Positions 21,614-32,816 of a stretch of DNA of 64,000 bases are shown here, piece by piece. Each line of letters begins with the position of its first letter. The first letter of the stretch is position 1. The stretch spans positions 62,001 to 126,000 of the forward strand of contig JAQOWU010000008.1 in assembly GCA_030867685.1 (NCBI GenBank). Direction: 5' to 3'. The notes beneath the pieces are model-generated. The model made no database searches, was not told the origin of the DNA, and was given only the letters and a program-made list of their open reading frames with translations. A program made the translations under genes and the position numbers. The stretch comes from Wickerhamiella versatilis (lineage: Eukaryota).

Positions 21614-22268
21614 ATCGGTCGACTTGTTCGGCGATAATTCGAGCTTATATAAAATACGCCAACTATGGTGAAATTTCACGAGGGTTCATGGGCAAGGATC
21701 ATTGGTGGCGCGGCTTTATCAGTAATTTGGGGCGAAGTCACTAATATGCCACCACTGAGAAAGAGACGTTAAATTTGGTCTAAGCTCCATCTGGTATTTC
21801 CCAAAGTTTTTCTTTTGGTTCCAAAAACAAAGAGTTCGTGCTATGTGGATATAAGGGTTTGTACTACACTATTGCGTGATCCCTCGTATTTCCCCACAGT
21901 AAACCAAGCAACATAATTAATAAAAGATTGGGCTGGATTACTAATGCATATATCCTTATCTTTAGAAGTAAATGCACTGCAAGGATGACAAGATCATAGA
22001 AACATAGAAGCATGCTTGGTAGATAGATTACTTTAGGATGCGCTATAAGCATGAAATCTCAGCAAATACGAAAATATCTGCGTCTCTACTGGTCTATTAG
22101 CCGTCTACTTATTTATCTTATCTTGACAGACGCATCACCTCAATTTGTGTCAGTGTACGCGACTAATAATGGCTTGATGGTGAAGCTTTGCAGCTTATAA
22201 CTATTTATTCACCGTATGGCATAAGCAAAGCTAGATTAATGCATGTGTGCTAGCGTATACTAAATGAG

Positions 22269-22631
22269 TCAATATTCCAGAATAAAATAGTTAATTGCAG
22301 CTAAAACTCCTGCTGCTTCAATATAATATGCCGGCTGAACTGTGATAGTGGTATCCTCTTCCCTAGATTCTATAATCTCATCACGATCACTATCAGATTC
22401 GTCAGTCTTCAGCGTGCCATGTATTGCCCCTGTACCGCCAGGAACACCATTTCTCCGAGCGAAGATCGCAAGAGTTATCAGAGGAATTGCAACGAAGTTT
22501 ATAGCATTATTTAGGATAATTATTAGGTTATTAACCGCATTAAGACCATAGCTTACTGCTTCAGATGCAGATGCAGATCCTCTCATAATTGCAGAAAGCC
22601 TTATGATTTCCTGAGGGCTATTAGCTAGCAC
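22269..22631 (-). pseudogene. C-terminal relic of an UNC-93-like MFS transporter
   Basis: LANSPQEIIRLSAIMRGSASASEAVSYGLNA parallels the GILRGFEALGQTVAW region of the 7669 gene; no ATG or N-terminal part. Confidence 0.55.
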
Positions 22632-22947
22632 CGAGAAAGCTCATAGCGTTCCAAAGACCAAGAGCTGTGAAGTCACAAATTCCTAGACTTGTGGCGTTAA
22701 AAAATGTTGAATGATACCACTTTGTTTAGTTGGCTGTCTCGCTTGACTCTGTCTTCCTATCATTTAATTTTTTGTCTTCTCTTCCAAACTTTTTCAGCAG
22801 GAAGATTTCCATCAATCTCTCTTTGAGCTCAAGAATGGAATCAGAGACGAAAGAATTTTTCAAAAGAATGATAATATCACTACAATTCACGTGACCATTG
22901 TAAATTGGATGGGTGATACAGAATGCTGCTAAATGCCGTGTATTTAG

Positions 22948-22981
22948 GCTATCTTGCGTTGTACAGCCAGTTAAAGTTAGT
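22948..22981 (+). repeat. Dispersed 34-bp element copy
   Basis: GCTATCTTGCGTTGTACAGCCAGTTAAAGTTAGT, 27/34 ungapped. Confidence 0.8.
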
Positions 22982-23123
22982 GTAGTGCAAATTTTCGAGA
23001 TCACCTTTTCATCAATCCGGATTGGATTGATCTATGACGATAATTTATATAATTGATGTGTGAAGCAAAACTACGATAATTATTTGTGAAAATGCTATTA
23101 ATTCGAAGATAATATAAGAAAGA

Positions 23124-24812
23124 TTAGTAAGAAAAGCGGAAATCCAACCGCTTGTTACCAATATCTTTGGTATGCAGCGTGTAATCAAGTTGTTCCTCTT
23201 CTGACATACTGGCCCACTTACGATCACGCCATTTGTTTTTCAGTATATAATAGAAAACTCCTAGTATTACAGCGGCAATAGCCCCAATAGAAATACCAAA
23301 ATCTTGTTCCAAGCCACGATGATATTTAGGTTTATCGTCTTGGCGGAACAGTTCAGAACCAATGATGGATCCTGCTTGCGAGAACATATTTACCAATGCC
23401 GCAGACACCGATCGAGTACGGACACTATTTGAGTTTTCTGATGTCCAAGAGATTGAAATAGCCCATGACGGGGGATAACCCAGCGCGAAGAAAAGTATAA
23501 TGTAACTTTGCCAAGTATAGCCTTTCTCAGCGTAATCAGGCCACCATCTCATGGCAACTATACATGGCATAAGCCAAAGAGGTGAAAGGACAAGAAACCA
23601 CCCAAACTTTTTGAAATATTGCGCTCCATGGCTAGCGCTTACCAGCGTAATAATGGATAAACAGGACCATGGCACTTGAAGAAGATTATTGATTGCAGCT
23701 GAGAATCCCTGCTGTTTCAAAATAATGGAAGAATACTTTGATAGGGGGGTGGAAATGATGTCTATCAGGACACGAATGAAATACAATGGCCACAGATCAT
23801 AGTCAGTAAGTGAATGCCATAACATTTTGGGACTGATGGCCTGGCGGTTGTTCATTGTACCTTTAGAAGGATCATCTCGGATTACTCGATTCACCATGAT
23901 TTTTTCTTCCCTCTCTGTGAACCAACCCTCACGGCGGAACCATTTTCTCGTTTGCGCAACGGATGCCGGCATCTTAAAAAATGAACAAAGCCCAATTACA
24001 AGAGTAATCAGTCCTTCAACAAGGAACGTCCATTGCCAGTTATACATCCCAAGGTGCTTTACACCGGGTCTGTTTTCTATGGGGAAGATTGCTGCCGATA
24101 ATAGCCCGGTTATCGCCTGAGTGAACGGGTTACTGATATAAAACCATGCAAACCGTACCGTTAGCTCTTTGTTAGTGTAAAAGTATGACATCCATAGACT
24201 GACATCTGGTATGAACCCTCCTTCGAGTCCACCTATGAGCGCACGGGTAGCCAAAAAAGCGCCTCGTGAGTGCATTTTGCATTGTGAGATCGAAACAATC
24301 CTCCAAAGTGTGAGTTGCGCAGGAATCCAGCGGTCGGGCCCCAGCCACTTCGAAATCAGCTGCGAAGGAAGCTCGCACCCAAGGAAACATACAAGATTGA
24401 CCACATTACCTGTATTGTAATCGTTGGTGGAGATTCCAATGTCTTTGAGCATATTAGTAGCTGTGAGAAAAGTCAAATTATATCTATCAAGGTTCAAACC
24501 ACAGAACATGATGAATGCCCAGAATGTGACGTACCAGTCGGTTTTTCGCACCAGCTTCCGCTCCTCCTCTTTTGTCCAGCGGAAGTCTGGGTCCACGAGA
24601 TGACGGCACTCATAATTGGCATTTTCATAAAGACTCATATAGTATTTAGCAGTCTCAGGATGTTGGAATACATTTATTGTTTGATGGTTATTCTCTTCAT
24701 ACTCCTCAGCCACATCCGAGCTAACTTCCACATTAGCATCCTCCTTCTTCTCTGTAGAGTCCGAAGACGAGAATATGGATTCACCACGCTTCAAAATTTC
24801 TTTGAATCCCAT
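23124..24812 (-). CDS. SOA1: Soa1 (YIL166C)-like sulfonate/sulfate ACS permease
   Basis: YECRHLVDPDFRWT.EEE..LV.K.DWYVTFWAF.MF, ELPSQLISK, NRVIRDDPSKG.MNNRQ. Confidence 0.85.
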   Translation of the reverse strand: MGFKEILKRGESIFSSSDSTEKKEDANVEVSSDVAEEYEENNHQTINVFQHPETAKYYMSLYENANYECRHLVDPDFRWTKEEERKLVRKTDWYVTFWAFIMFCGLNLDRYNLTFLTATNMLKDIGISTNDYNTGNVVNLVCFLGCELPSQLISKWLGPDRWIPAQLTLWRIVSISQCKMHSRGAFLATRALIGGLEGGFIPDVSLWMSYFYTNKELTVRFAWFYISNPFTQAITGLLSAAIFPIENRPGVKHLGMYNWQWTFLVEGLITLVIGLCSFFKMPASVAQTRKWFRREGWFTEREEKIMVNRVIRDDPSKGTMNNRQAISPKMLWHSLTDYDLWPLYFIRVLIDIISTPLSKYSSIILKQQGFSAAINNLLQVPWSCLSIITLVSASHGAQYFKKFGWFLVLSPLWLMPCIVAMRWWPDYAEKGYTWQSYIILFFALGYPPSWAISISWTSENSNSVRTRSVSAALVNMFSQAGSIIGSELFRQDDKPKYHRGLEQDFGISIGAIAAVILGVFYYILKNKWRDRKWASMSEEEQLDYTLHTKDIGNKRLDFRFSY

Positions 24813-25064
24813 GGTTTCAGATGACCCTGAAAATTACCTGATAATCCTTTTGGGGCGATCACCCGTGGTCACGTTATATGACGATGACGATTCATGACTT
24901 TTGCTCCATGTCTCCAGATGCTATGCTATGTTATGTCATAAACCTTAAACTCGAAGGCTTCAGAAAGCTATATATATAGGGGACAGCAGTATGACTTGCA
25001 TTTCAAAAGCTATATAGCAATGTGTGCGAGGACATAAATATATTTTAAGTTCTACCAGTTGATA

Positions 25065-26252
25065 CTAGTCTGCGAATGCAGGAGGTTTGGCACAATCTTT
25101 CTCGAAACTATGAAGCCCGAGAGTTGCGTCAATCGTTTCTTGTTCCGACTTACCTCCATCAAAGTATGGAACTTCGCCATGGGTAGTTACTCTTACTGCA
25201 TGCCTGCGATGTGGATAAAAACCATAGGAGGCTGCATGCACAGTTGACCGGTTATCCCACAGAGCAACATCCTGCGGGTCCCAGTGCCAGCGCGCGGTAT
25301 GTGTCACATTTTCCTCAATCAGCTTGAACAGATACTTAAGCACAAAGTCAGATTCGGCTCCTGGTACTCCGACTATACGACGAGTAAACCCGGGATTAAC
25401 ATACACCCCCTTGTAACCAGTCACAGGATGGGTTCGAACAATTGGGTGCTCAGTAACAACTGGCTCCCTCCTTACAGTCTTACCAAGCCTGCGTGCACCA
25501 TCTGCCTGCTCAACAGCTGAGTGGAGTGCTGTGAGACCTTCAAGGTAGCGTTGGAAACGGGGGGAAAGGCTGTCGTATAGACCATAAGCACTACCCCAGG
25601 CGGTATCACCACCAGTCGGTGGACCATGAAGTAGTTTGAGCGTAGTATACGATGGCGGCTGTTTTTCGTATGATACATCCGAATGCCATGGTGACCCTCC
25701 CCCCAGGCTAGTTGCGCGCTTTTCCGATGCATATACCACATGGACATCAAGCAAGTTAGGATCATTTTCAGCTTCTCGGGGAATTCCAGTTGTAGCATGG
25801 CGATGCAATTTCCCCCAATGTCGGCCTAACTCTAACTGCTTCTTGATATCAAGGTTTCTCTGATCTTTAAAGAACACGACCCCTCGGTAAGCAGTGAATA
25901 GCGCAAGCTCATCCTTTTGAGAATCAGTCAACTTCGAGAGATCAACTCCATGGAGAACTGATCCGAACTTGGGGGTTAGATGCTCCACCCGAGTCACACT
26001 TTTGAATAGTGTGGGGAACGTGGGGTCAGCACTAAGCGCTCTATCCTTGTATTCATGAACAGGGAGCGGCTCCCACTTGAGATCAGGAAATGTTGGCAGC
26101 AAATTCTCAAATTCGTAATTATCCAGTGAATTCGACTGCGAATCTTCCAGATACAATTTCTGGATGTCTAGACCGGTGATAGGACCATGTGAAACCTTGA
26201 ACCCATCAATTTCGGTTGGGATAGCTTCAGCCTGTGTAGATATTGGCGCCAT
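25065..26252 (-). CDS. TauD-family 2-oxoglutarate-dependent dioxygenase (third copy)
   Basis: RGVVFFKDQ, WHSDVSYE.QPPSYT, GGDT, HPIVRTHPVTG, WDNR..VH. Confidence 0.92.
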   Translation of the reverse strand: MAPISTQAEAIPTEIDGFKVSHGPITGLDIQKLYLEDSQSNSLDNYEFENLLPTFPDLKWEPLPVHEYKDRALSADPTFPTLFKSVTRVEHLTPKFGSVLHGVDLSKLTDSQKDELALFTAYRGVVFFKDQRNLDIKKQLELGRHWGKLHRHATTGIPREAENDPNLLDVHVVYASEKRATSLGGGSPWHSDVSYEKQPPSYTTLKLLHGPPTGGDTAWGSAYGLYDSLSPRFQRYLEGLTALHSAVEQADGARRLGKTVRREPVVTEHPIVRTHPVTGYKGVYVNPGFTRRIVGVPGAESDFVLKYLFKLIEENVTHTARWHWDPQDVALWDNRSTVHAASYGFYPHRRHAVRVTTHGEVPYFDGGKSEQETIDATLGLHSFEKDCAKPPAFAD

Positions 26253-26312
26253 TCTCTATTTTGAGGTTAGAAATCGGCAGAGCCTATGCTAAATACTGTG
26301 TCTTGCCCAATG

Positions 26313-26321
26313 GCACGTGAC
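26313..26321 (-). promoter_or_regulatory. GTCACGTG E-box (Cbf1-type site)
   Basis: 60 bp upstream of the TauD ATG at 26252. Confidence 0.55.
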
Positions 26322-26635
26322 ATCACGAACCTCATTATCAGAAAGCCGCCGAATCTTTCTTAGGTGGCTGAGAACAATTGTACAATGAAGAAGACGAACA
26401 AAAACTCGCTGATTTATTTCATTTCTGGTATTTTTTTGTTACCTGATTTTCTAGACAACCTATTTCCTTATACTCGACTATCGAATTTGCTATTACGTGA
26501 GAATATGTCTTATCTCCTGCACGGTGTCTCCAACCTAGTCTTTGACTTCATCGTATAGCCGTATAATCATTTTAATTCGCGAAATAATTGCTGGAATATT
26601 ATTTGAATATCTGGATTGAAACAAGTCGTGAACCT

Positions 26636-26675
26636 CAATTTGAGTGTCGTGTAAACAATGCAGGATAGGCCAGTG
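26636..26675 (-). repeat. Dispersed element copy (reverse)
   Basis: Minus strand CACTGGCCTATCCTGCATTGTTTACACGACACTCAAATTG. Confidence 0.55.
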
Positions 26676-26939
26676 TGTATTTATATACGTACCATGCAAT
26701 CACATAAATTCAAGAAAAGTCCTGGGGCAAAAGCTGAAGAGTTTAGACTCGTCAATTGTAAAGCTGTCTGTCTTGTTGGCCTATCTTCAGTAGCTTGATA
26801 CATTAGTCATGACCTCTCTGATATGGCGTGATCACTGAGCCTTTGTTGCAATCCTTTGTGACTAAAGTGAGATACATTTAAAAATGCCTAAGGCCGAGTA
26901 TATAGTTCTGCAGATAGGGCAAAGAAAAGAAAAGTTACA

Positions 26940-28027
26940 GTGCCGGTTGAATTTATCAGCTTGGCGTTTCCAAATGCGTCTACTGAGATCAATCCACAGC
27001 CCAAAGCAGGTGTGGATCCCGATTATCTGGTCCGCTACGCTCGAAAAATAAACGACTACGGATTCAATCACACACTGCAGCTATATGATTCTGGTGGATT
27101 TGATCCTCTCACCACAGCAGCTACAATCGCCTCGGTGACGAAACAGCTAAAGGTCATTGTCGCACTTCTCCCCAACACTCTATATCCAACAGTGGCTGCT
27201 AAGGCTCTTGCTACTCTAGACCAGCTCAGCAAAGGCCGGGCGGTCGTGCATTTCATTGCTGGTGGAAGTGATGCCGAGCAGGCCAGGGAGGGCGACTTCT
27301 TGACCAAGGATATGCGGTATGCTCGTCTAGAGGAATACATCAAGATCCTTGAGAGGGCTTGGCAGTCATCGGAGCCCTTCGACTGGGACGGCAAATTCTA
27401 TCAGTTCAAGCAATTTAGCAACAGAGTTCTACCTGTGAATGGCAAGATTCCAGTCTCAGTGGGCGGCTCCTCCCCAGAGGCATACAGGATCAGGGGGGAT
27501 CATTAGCAGATATTTTCGGTCTTTGGGGTGAACCACTCAAAGAGACCAAGGAGCAAATTGATCGTATCTACGCGGAGGCAGAGAAGGCCGGTAGAACAGA
27601 CAAACCAAGAATCTGGGTTACATTCCGCCCAATTACCGCTGAAACTGATGAATTGGCCTGGGAAAAGGCTCATAGAATGCTTGAAATACTTATGAAGAAT
27701 CGGACTGCTGGCGAGTTGGTTAAGACTCCCGCGAATGCGCCTCCCCCTCAGAATGTAGGTTCGCAGCGCCTTCTCGAGATCGCAGCGAAGGGGGAGATCC
27801 AGGATCGGGCACTTTGGTACCCAACTGGTCAGGAAACTAATGCCCGTGGAGCTTCCACTGCCCTAGTGGGTTCTTCAAAGACTATCGCTGACTCGATTCT
27901 TGACTATGTTGATCTTGCTGCCGACCTCATATCTATTAGAGGCTATGACAATCTTAACGATGTGATCGACTACAGGGGGGTGATATTACCACGAGTCTGT
28001 CGTGTTTTGGAGGAAAAGGGGGTCTAA
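26940..28027 (+). pseudogene. Luciferase-like alkanesulfonate monooxygenase (SsuD/MsuD-like), degenerate
   Basis: LATLDQLSKGR..., GEPL, GASTALVGS; starts at GTG rather than ATG; frameshift at the G6 run 27493-27498, after which SLADIFGLWGEPL continues in another frame. Confidence 0.85.
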
Positions 28028-28423
28028 AATTAGGTTTCTAGCTCCACGGGTGATACTGTGGTTCTTTCCACACTTATGATAGCAGCATGGCACATATTAC
28101 TCTTATCTAACTTACGATAAAAGGTAGGCAAAACAATACAACGCAGCTCAGATCGACTTTTATTGCCGTGCGCGACTCTAATTCCCTCAGACTCTTGTTT
28201 TACTTTCATCTCCTCCGTAGCTTTTCCTCATATCGCTATCAGGGATACGCAGCGGCTTTATCTCTAATCCTTTGTGATTTCCTGTAATTGGGCGGCCTTT
28301 TTACCCCACTCGTGAAACTATATGCATCAGTCAGAGGATTATACAATCATCACGCAATATATGGTGAGCAGCTTATATGTATGTCCTTGGCCGGAGTTTC
28401 GTTAATAGAGTCAACAGCCATAA

Positions 28424-29512
28424 ATGACATCTGTCACGGGAAACTCGACGATTCCCGACTGGGAGAGTCCACCAGGCACAGCTTATGAGCTTGACTACGC
28501 TCAGTTAACTAAGATAGATCTGTCGAATTTCGACAAGCCAGGCGGCAAGCAGCAATTAGCTGAAGTTCTCAAGGATGCATTGAACAAAGACGGATTTTGG
28601 GCCGTGGTAGGCTCTGGAATCGGCAAAAGGGAAGTAGAAATCCAGCTTGCTCTGGCCCAAGCGTTTTTCAATCAACCCTTGGAGGAAAAAACTGCCCTCG
28701 AATGTGACTTTCCAAACGGTAATTATTTTGGCTACAAGCGTCTGAATCGACGGCCAGTTTTTGGAACATCAGTCCTAGAGAACTCAGAGCTTATAAACAT
28801 TCCAAAGTTTGCGACTCATCAGGAAGAGTATGTCAACAAGCACAGCTTCATCAGGCAACACCGTGCCAAAATCGAGGACTTTTCTCGCAAGGCCTTCGAA
28901 GTGGCACGCAAACTTTTTGTCCTGTTTGCCATTGTTCTTGAGCTGGAAGATGAGAAATACTTTGTTGAGCGACATCTATATGAGGACCCCAGCGATGATC
29001 ACTTACGCTATATGAAGTATCACCCTCGATCCGTGGAGGACGATCAATTGGTTGAGAATATTTGGGCCCGTGCCCACACCGACTTTGGTAGCCTAACTTT
29101 GCTCTGGAGCCAAGTAGTTAGGGGGCTTCAACTGAAAACTAGGACTGGTGAATGGAAATATATCCCACCGGTTGATGATGGGATAATTTGCAACATTGGA
29201 GACACGCTGTCATTTTGGTCAAATGGTTACTTTAAGAGCACCGTACATCGTGTGGTTAGGCCTCCTCCGGATCAGGCCGATCGACCTCGAATCGGTCTTT
29301 TCTATTTTGTGCGGCCCGGCCAGGCAGCAATCGAGACTGCACCATCGCCCCTTCTCCAGCGACTAGGCTTGGACCAGAAACATAATCCCGTTACAGGGAC
29401 AGAGTATGTACGTCAACGCGTGAAGAACTACCATGACAACGCGTCTTATGAAAAGCGTGCGGGTGAAAGGTTTCGTGTAGGTGACTATGAGATTGACGAC
29501 GGGTTCAACTGA
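28424..29512 (+). CDS. IPNS-like 2OG-Fe(II) oxygenase
   Basis: IDLS, LRYMKYHP, HTDFGSLTLL, CNIGD, KSTVHRV, R.GLFYF. Confidence 0.9.
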   Translation: MTSVTGNSTIPDWESPPGTAYELDYAQLTKIDLSNFDKPGGKQQLAEVLKDALNKDGFWAVVGSGIGKREVEIQLALAQAFFNQPLEEKTALECDFPNGNYFGYKRLNRRPVFGTSVLENSELINIPKFATHQEEYVNKHSFIRQHRAKIEDFSRKAFEVARKLFVLFAIVLELEDEKYFVERHLYEDPSDDHLRYMKYHPRSVEDDQLVENIWARAHTDFGSLTLLWSQVVRGLQLKTRTGEWKYIPPVDDGIICNIGDTLSFWSNGYFKSTVHRVVRPPPDQADRPRIGLFYFVRPGQAAIETAPSPLLQRLGLDQKHNPVTGTEYVRQRVKNYHDNASYEKRAGERFRVGDYEIDDGFN

Positions 29513-29792
29513 TTGAAGCTCAGAATGCCATCAGAAGTAGCACCTTTTTGAAACTTCATGTACTACTAGTAATGAAATTTGGAGGTAGTCATGTTGAGTA
29601 CAGTACTATCTGTGGGGTGCGTCTAGCGACTACATATATCAATTCACGAATTAGGGCTTTTCATATATAATTATCAAAATTAGCGGGCAAAATTAGTATT
29701 TATACAAATCCACCACCCTTATTCCACACTACTACTATAAAAAATAAACAACTAAAATATACCTACCAGGTTACCAGGTTTCGATCCCACAT

Positions 29793-29836
29793 CAGTAGGT
29801 TATCTTGCATTGCTATCTTGCAATCAGTCTACAGAC
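29793..29836 (+). repeat. Dispersed element with a duplicated left arm
   Basis: CAGTAGGTTATCTTGCATTGCTATCTTGCAATCAGTCTACAGAC. Confidence 0.7.
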
Positions 29837-29941
29837 AATATCATAATGTGTATTGAATTATTATACTTATTGAATCTATCAGTGTGTGAAATCTATATGG
29901 GAACTTTGGGACCACTCAGGAAAACTTAGATGTGTCCAATA

Positions 29942-32005
29942 CTAATTCCTTTTCTTAAGATGCAGCTCTTTCAATAGTCCTACCAGCCCCTTCCAGAGCG
30001 CATTTCGCCCATCATAAACTGGAAATACCACAACCGCCGCTAGCGCAAAAAACTGCCAAATAATAGCAACGACAATCCATCCCTTAAAAAAGGGCTTATT
30101 AAAAATCCAGTTACGGTATAAAGGCATGGGCCACAACACGAAAGTTAGGAGAACAATGACGACAAAGAAAATCGATGAGACTACAAGCCACTCTCGAAGC
30201 TCCTTCAGCTCTTGAGCAGAAAATGGGTGCAAGCTATCAGATTCCTGGGGCGCGGTAACCCATTGGAAATACTTGAAAAACTTATTACTGGAAACAGAAG
30301 ATTCATCGAAGTGAGAAGTACCCTTCGCCTCTTCAATACTTGTTTCAAATGCCTTTTCTCCATTCTCTGTGGAGTCTACCTCGTCTGACCGAGAGGAGGG
30401 TACATCATCCAGAGTTTCAAGGTGCAGAAACTCTTTCCAGTTGTAATTTTGCGGTCTCATAAGAGAAAATACCAGCGAGTATATTGCTGGAGTGAAAAAA
30501 CATGTTATTGCACCATAAAGACACACAACCGGCTGCTGGGTCGTCTGGAGATTGATAGCACCATACATATACCAAGATAATGAAAGCCACACGGCTAATC
30601 CAGATGCAAGACCCAGGTACATGGAAGTAATGAATGCGAATTTAGATTGGTCCTTCCAGAAGAGGGTTAGTATTATGGGTATGATTCCTGGGACAGTAAT
30701 TACAGCATAGGAATAATTAACCCAATTAATATCGGCACCAACATATTTGAGCATTATCGTAAAACCTGTTAGAAATACCCCAAATATAACAACCGAAATA
30801 TGTGAAGCTCTTACAGTGTGCTTGTCGTTTGCCAGGGGATGGAAATACGTACGATAGAGGTCGAACGATAAGATGCTGCCAACACCAATAAATGTGGAGG
30901 AAAGACTACTGGTAACTGCCATAAATATCAGAACTATGACACCACCTGCGGATCCCTTCCCCAGAACCGCATAAACTGTGTATGGCATGACTAGTCCATT
31001 ACCTAGATCTTTTGCACTCATGCCGTGAGTCGGAAATATGGGAGTAAATTCAATGGCCCTGCAGGTCAACCCTATCACAGTTCCAAGGCCCCACGGTATC
31101 GCAAATATAGCTATAGAAGCTAAGTCATAAGCAGGTACAGTTGATCTTGCCTCCGAAGCAAATGACTTCTGCCAGAATGAGGTATCCATGACAACCAATG
31201 CTAAGTTTCCGAACTTCAACATCAATCCCCAAATGGCCGATTGCTGGGATCTGAACGTCAAAAGTGAACCCTTGTAATTTCCATCGATATATTGATTTGG
31301 TGCAGTAGCTACCAATTTGTCGTAAAGCCCAGAAAGCCCACCAACATGATCACTGGTAAGTACTGCAATAGTAAAATATATTATCAGTATCAAAGCAATG
31401 GTGGTATGAAGAAAGTCAGTCAAAAAAGTAGCCTTAATACCACCGAGCACTGTGTAAACCACCACACCCGCTGGTAGTAAGATAGTAGATGCTACGAAAT
31501 GCATACCCGTCATGGCACTCAGAACTGACGATCCAGTGAAAAGCAAATTCGAACACCCAAGTATGTTCAAGACTAAACATAAGATCATGAACGCAATATG
31601 ACCCAATCGCCCATATCTTATTCGCACGATTTCCAGGGAAGTATGTGCATGTGGGATTCTAATTTTCGCCAAGACACCCAAGACAGCCATTAAAGCTATC
31701 TGGAAACTAAGTCCGCCACCCCACCAAATTGGTAGCGCAATCCCGTAATTGTAAGTCTGAAGAGCACAGTATATTGTCTCGTTAACCCACATCCAGGAAG
31801 AAAACACAGCTGAGGTGGTGAGTCCTGTACCAACAGATCGATTGGCGACCATAAACATTTCTGTGTGCTCAGAATCTTCACTCAAGTACACTTTCTGCAG
31901 ATAGACCGCCAGCACAATAACGAGGGCAAATGCCACGCCTAGACCAACTGTGACACCATAGCCTTCAGCTAGACTTAGGATCGCCGATCCACTCTGACCA
32001 GACAT
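29942..32005 (-). CDS. DUR3: Dur3-like urea/polyamine transporter (SSS family)
   Basis: EMFMVANRSVGTGL, SSW.W, P.AHT.LE...RYG, GGIKATFLTDF.HT, LWPMPLY. Confidence 0.85.
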   Translation of the reverse strand: MSGQSGSAILSLAEGYGVTVGLGVAFALVIVLAVYLQKVYLSEDSEHTEMFMVANRSVGTGLTTSAVFSSWMWVNETIYCALQTYNYGIALPIWWGGGLSFQIALMAVLGVLAKIRIPHAHTSLEIVRIRYGRLGHIAFMILCLVLNILGCSNLLFTGSSVLSAMTGMHFVASTILLPAGVVVYTVLGGIKATFLTDFLHTTIALILIIYFTIAVLTSDHVGGLSGLYDKLVATAPNQYIDGNYKGSLLTFRSQQSAIWGLMLKFGNLALVVMDTSFWQKSFASEARSTVPAYDLASIAIFAIPWGLGTVIGLTCRAIEFTPIFPTHGMSAKDLGNGLVMPYTVYAVLGKGSAGGVIVLIFMAVTSSLSSTFIGVGSILSFDLYRTYFHPLANDKHTVRASHISVVIFGVFLTGFTIMLKYVGADINWVNYSYAVITVPGIIPIILTLFWKDQSKFAFITSMYLGLASGLAVWLSLSWYMYGAINLQTTQQPVVCLYGAITCFFTPAIYSLVFSLMRPQNYNWKEFLHLETLDDVPSSRSDEVDSTENGEKAFETSIEEAKGTSHFDESSVSSNKFFKYFQWVTAPQESDSLHPFSAQELKELREWLVVSSIFFVVIVLLTFVLWPMPLYRNWIFNKPFFKGWIVVAIIWQFFALAAVVVFPVYDGRNALWKGLVGLLKELHLKKRN

Positions 32006-32309
32006 CGTGGGGGATAGTCGAAAAAATCGCTAAATTAAATGCATTGATAGCCCATTATTAAATTCAATGGCGTGATCATCATATCTTTGTAATAATGCGG
32101 CTAAAACTATTGTAAATCCGAATGAGCGCAGTTCGATAACGATGCAAATACTTTTAAATACGGGGATTTGACCCTTTTTTGTAGTTTGGATGTTGACTAT
32201 GGACTATACTTCATTGCTTCACGAACCTTATTTTTGTTCAACGTAGAGGACCCCGATCAAAGCTTGGTTGCTAAATTAAATCTAGGGTTTTAAAAAAAGA
32301 TATATATAT

Positions 32310-32347
32310 TGCGCACCAAACTGGTTAGAGAATGCAAGATAGCCCAC
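32310..32347 (-). repeat. Dispersed element copy (reverse)
   Basis: Minus strand GTGGGCTATCTTGCATTCTCTAACCAGTTTGGTG. Confidence 0.75.
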
Positions 32348-32377
32348 GGTTGGAGTCAAGCCAACGGTCTCGGCTAT

Positions 32378-32405
32378 TCACGTGACCATTCCCAATAACA
32401 CGTGA
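32378..32405. promoter_or_regulatory. Two CACGTG E-boxes
   Basis: TCACGTGAC at 32378 and CACGTGA at 32399, upstream of the Dur3-like gene. Confidence 0.45.
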
Positions 32406-32816
32406 GATGATGAAGGCTGTCTTCAATGCAGAGTTGGACATTGAGCTCTCATTGTAGAGGATAATGTTTTAAATTTCTATATCAACTCGTTCCGCGGCCC
32501 TAGTTCTCCTTCAAGCGCCGAAATGAAAGATCCCAAATTCATGCCAATAAAATATATAGATCTTTTAAAAAGCCCAGAGATTTTCATCCACTGAAATAGT
32601 TTCTTAATAAAGGATATTTTCTGGAGGGAACTGTCACTCCATTGACCGGCCAGAGACAGTTCTTAAATGATAAATATGCATATACAGAAGTGCCTATTCC
32701 TGGAAAAAAAATGAAGTATCAAATCAGATTGACTATGCAGCTACAGATCAAATGACAATGTTTCTCCCTATATAATATCTATAAATGATTATAGCTTAGA
32801 CTAGCTACACCTAGGC

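Noticed and set aside
22726-23004. 92-aa ORF
   Set aside because: No ATG start or recognisable motif; it overlaps an E-box and an element copy, so it is probably intergenic.
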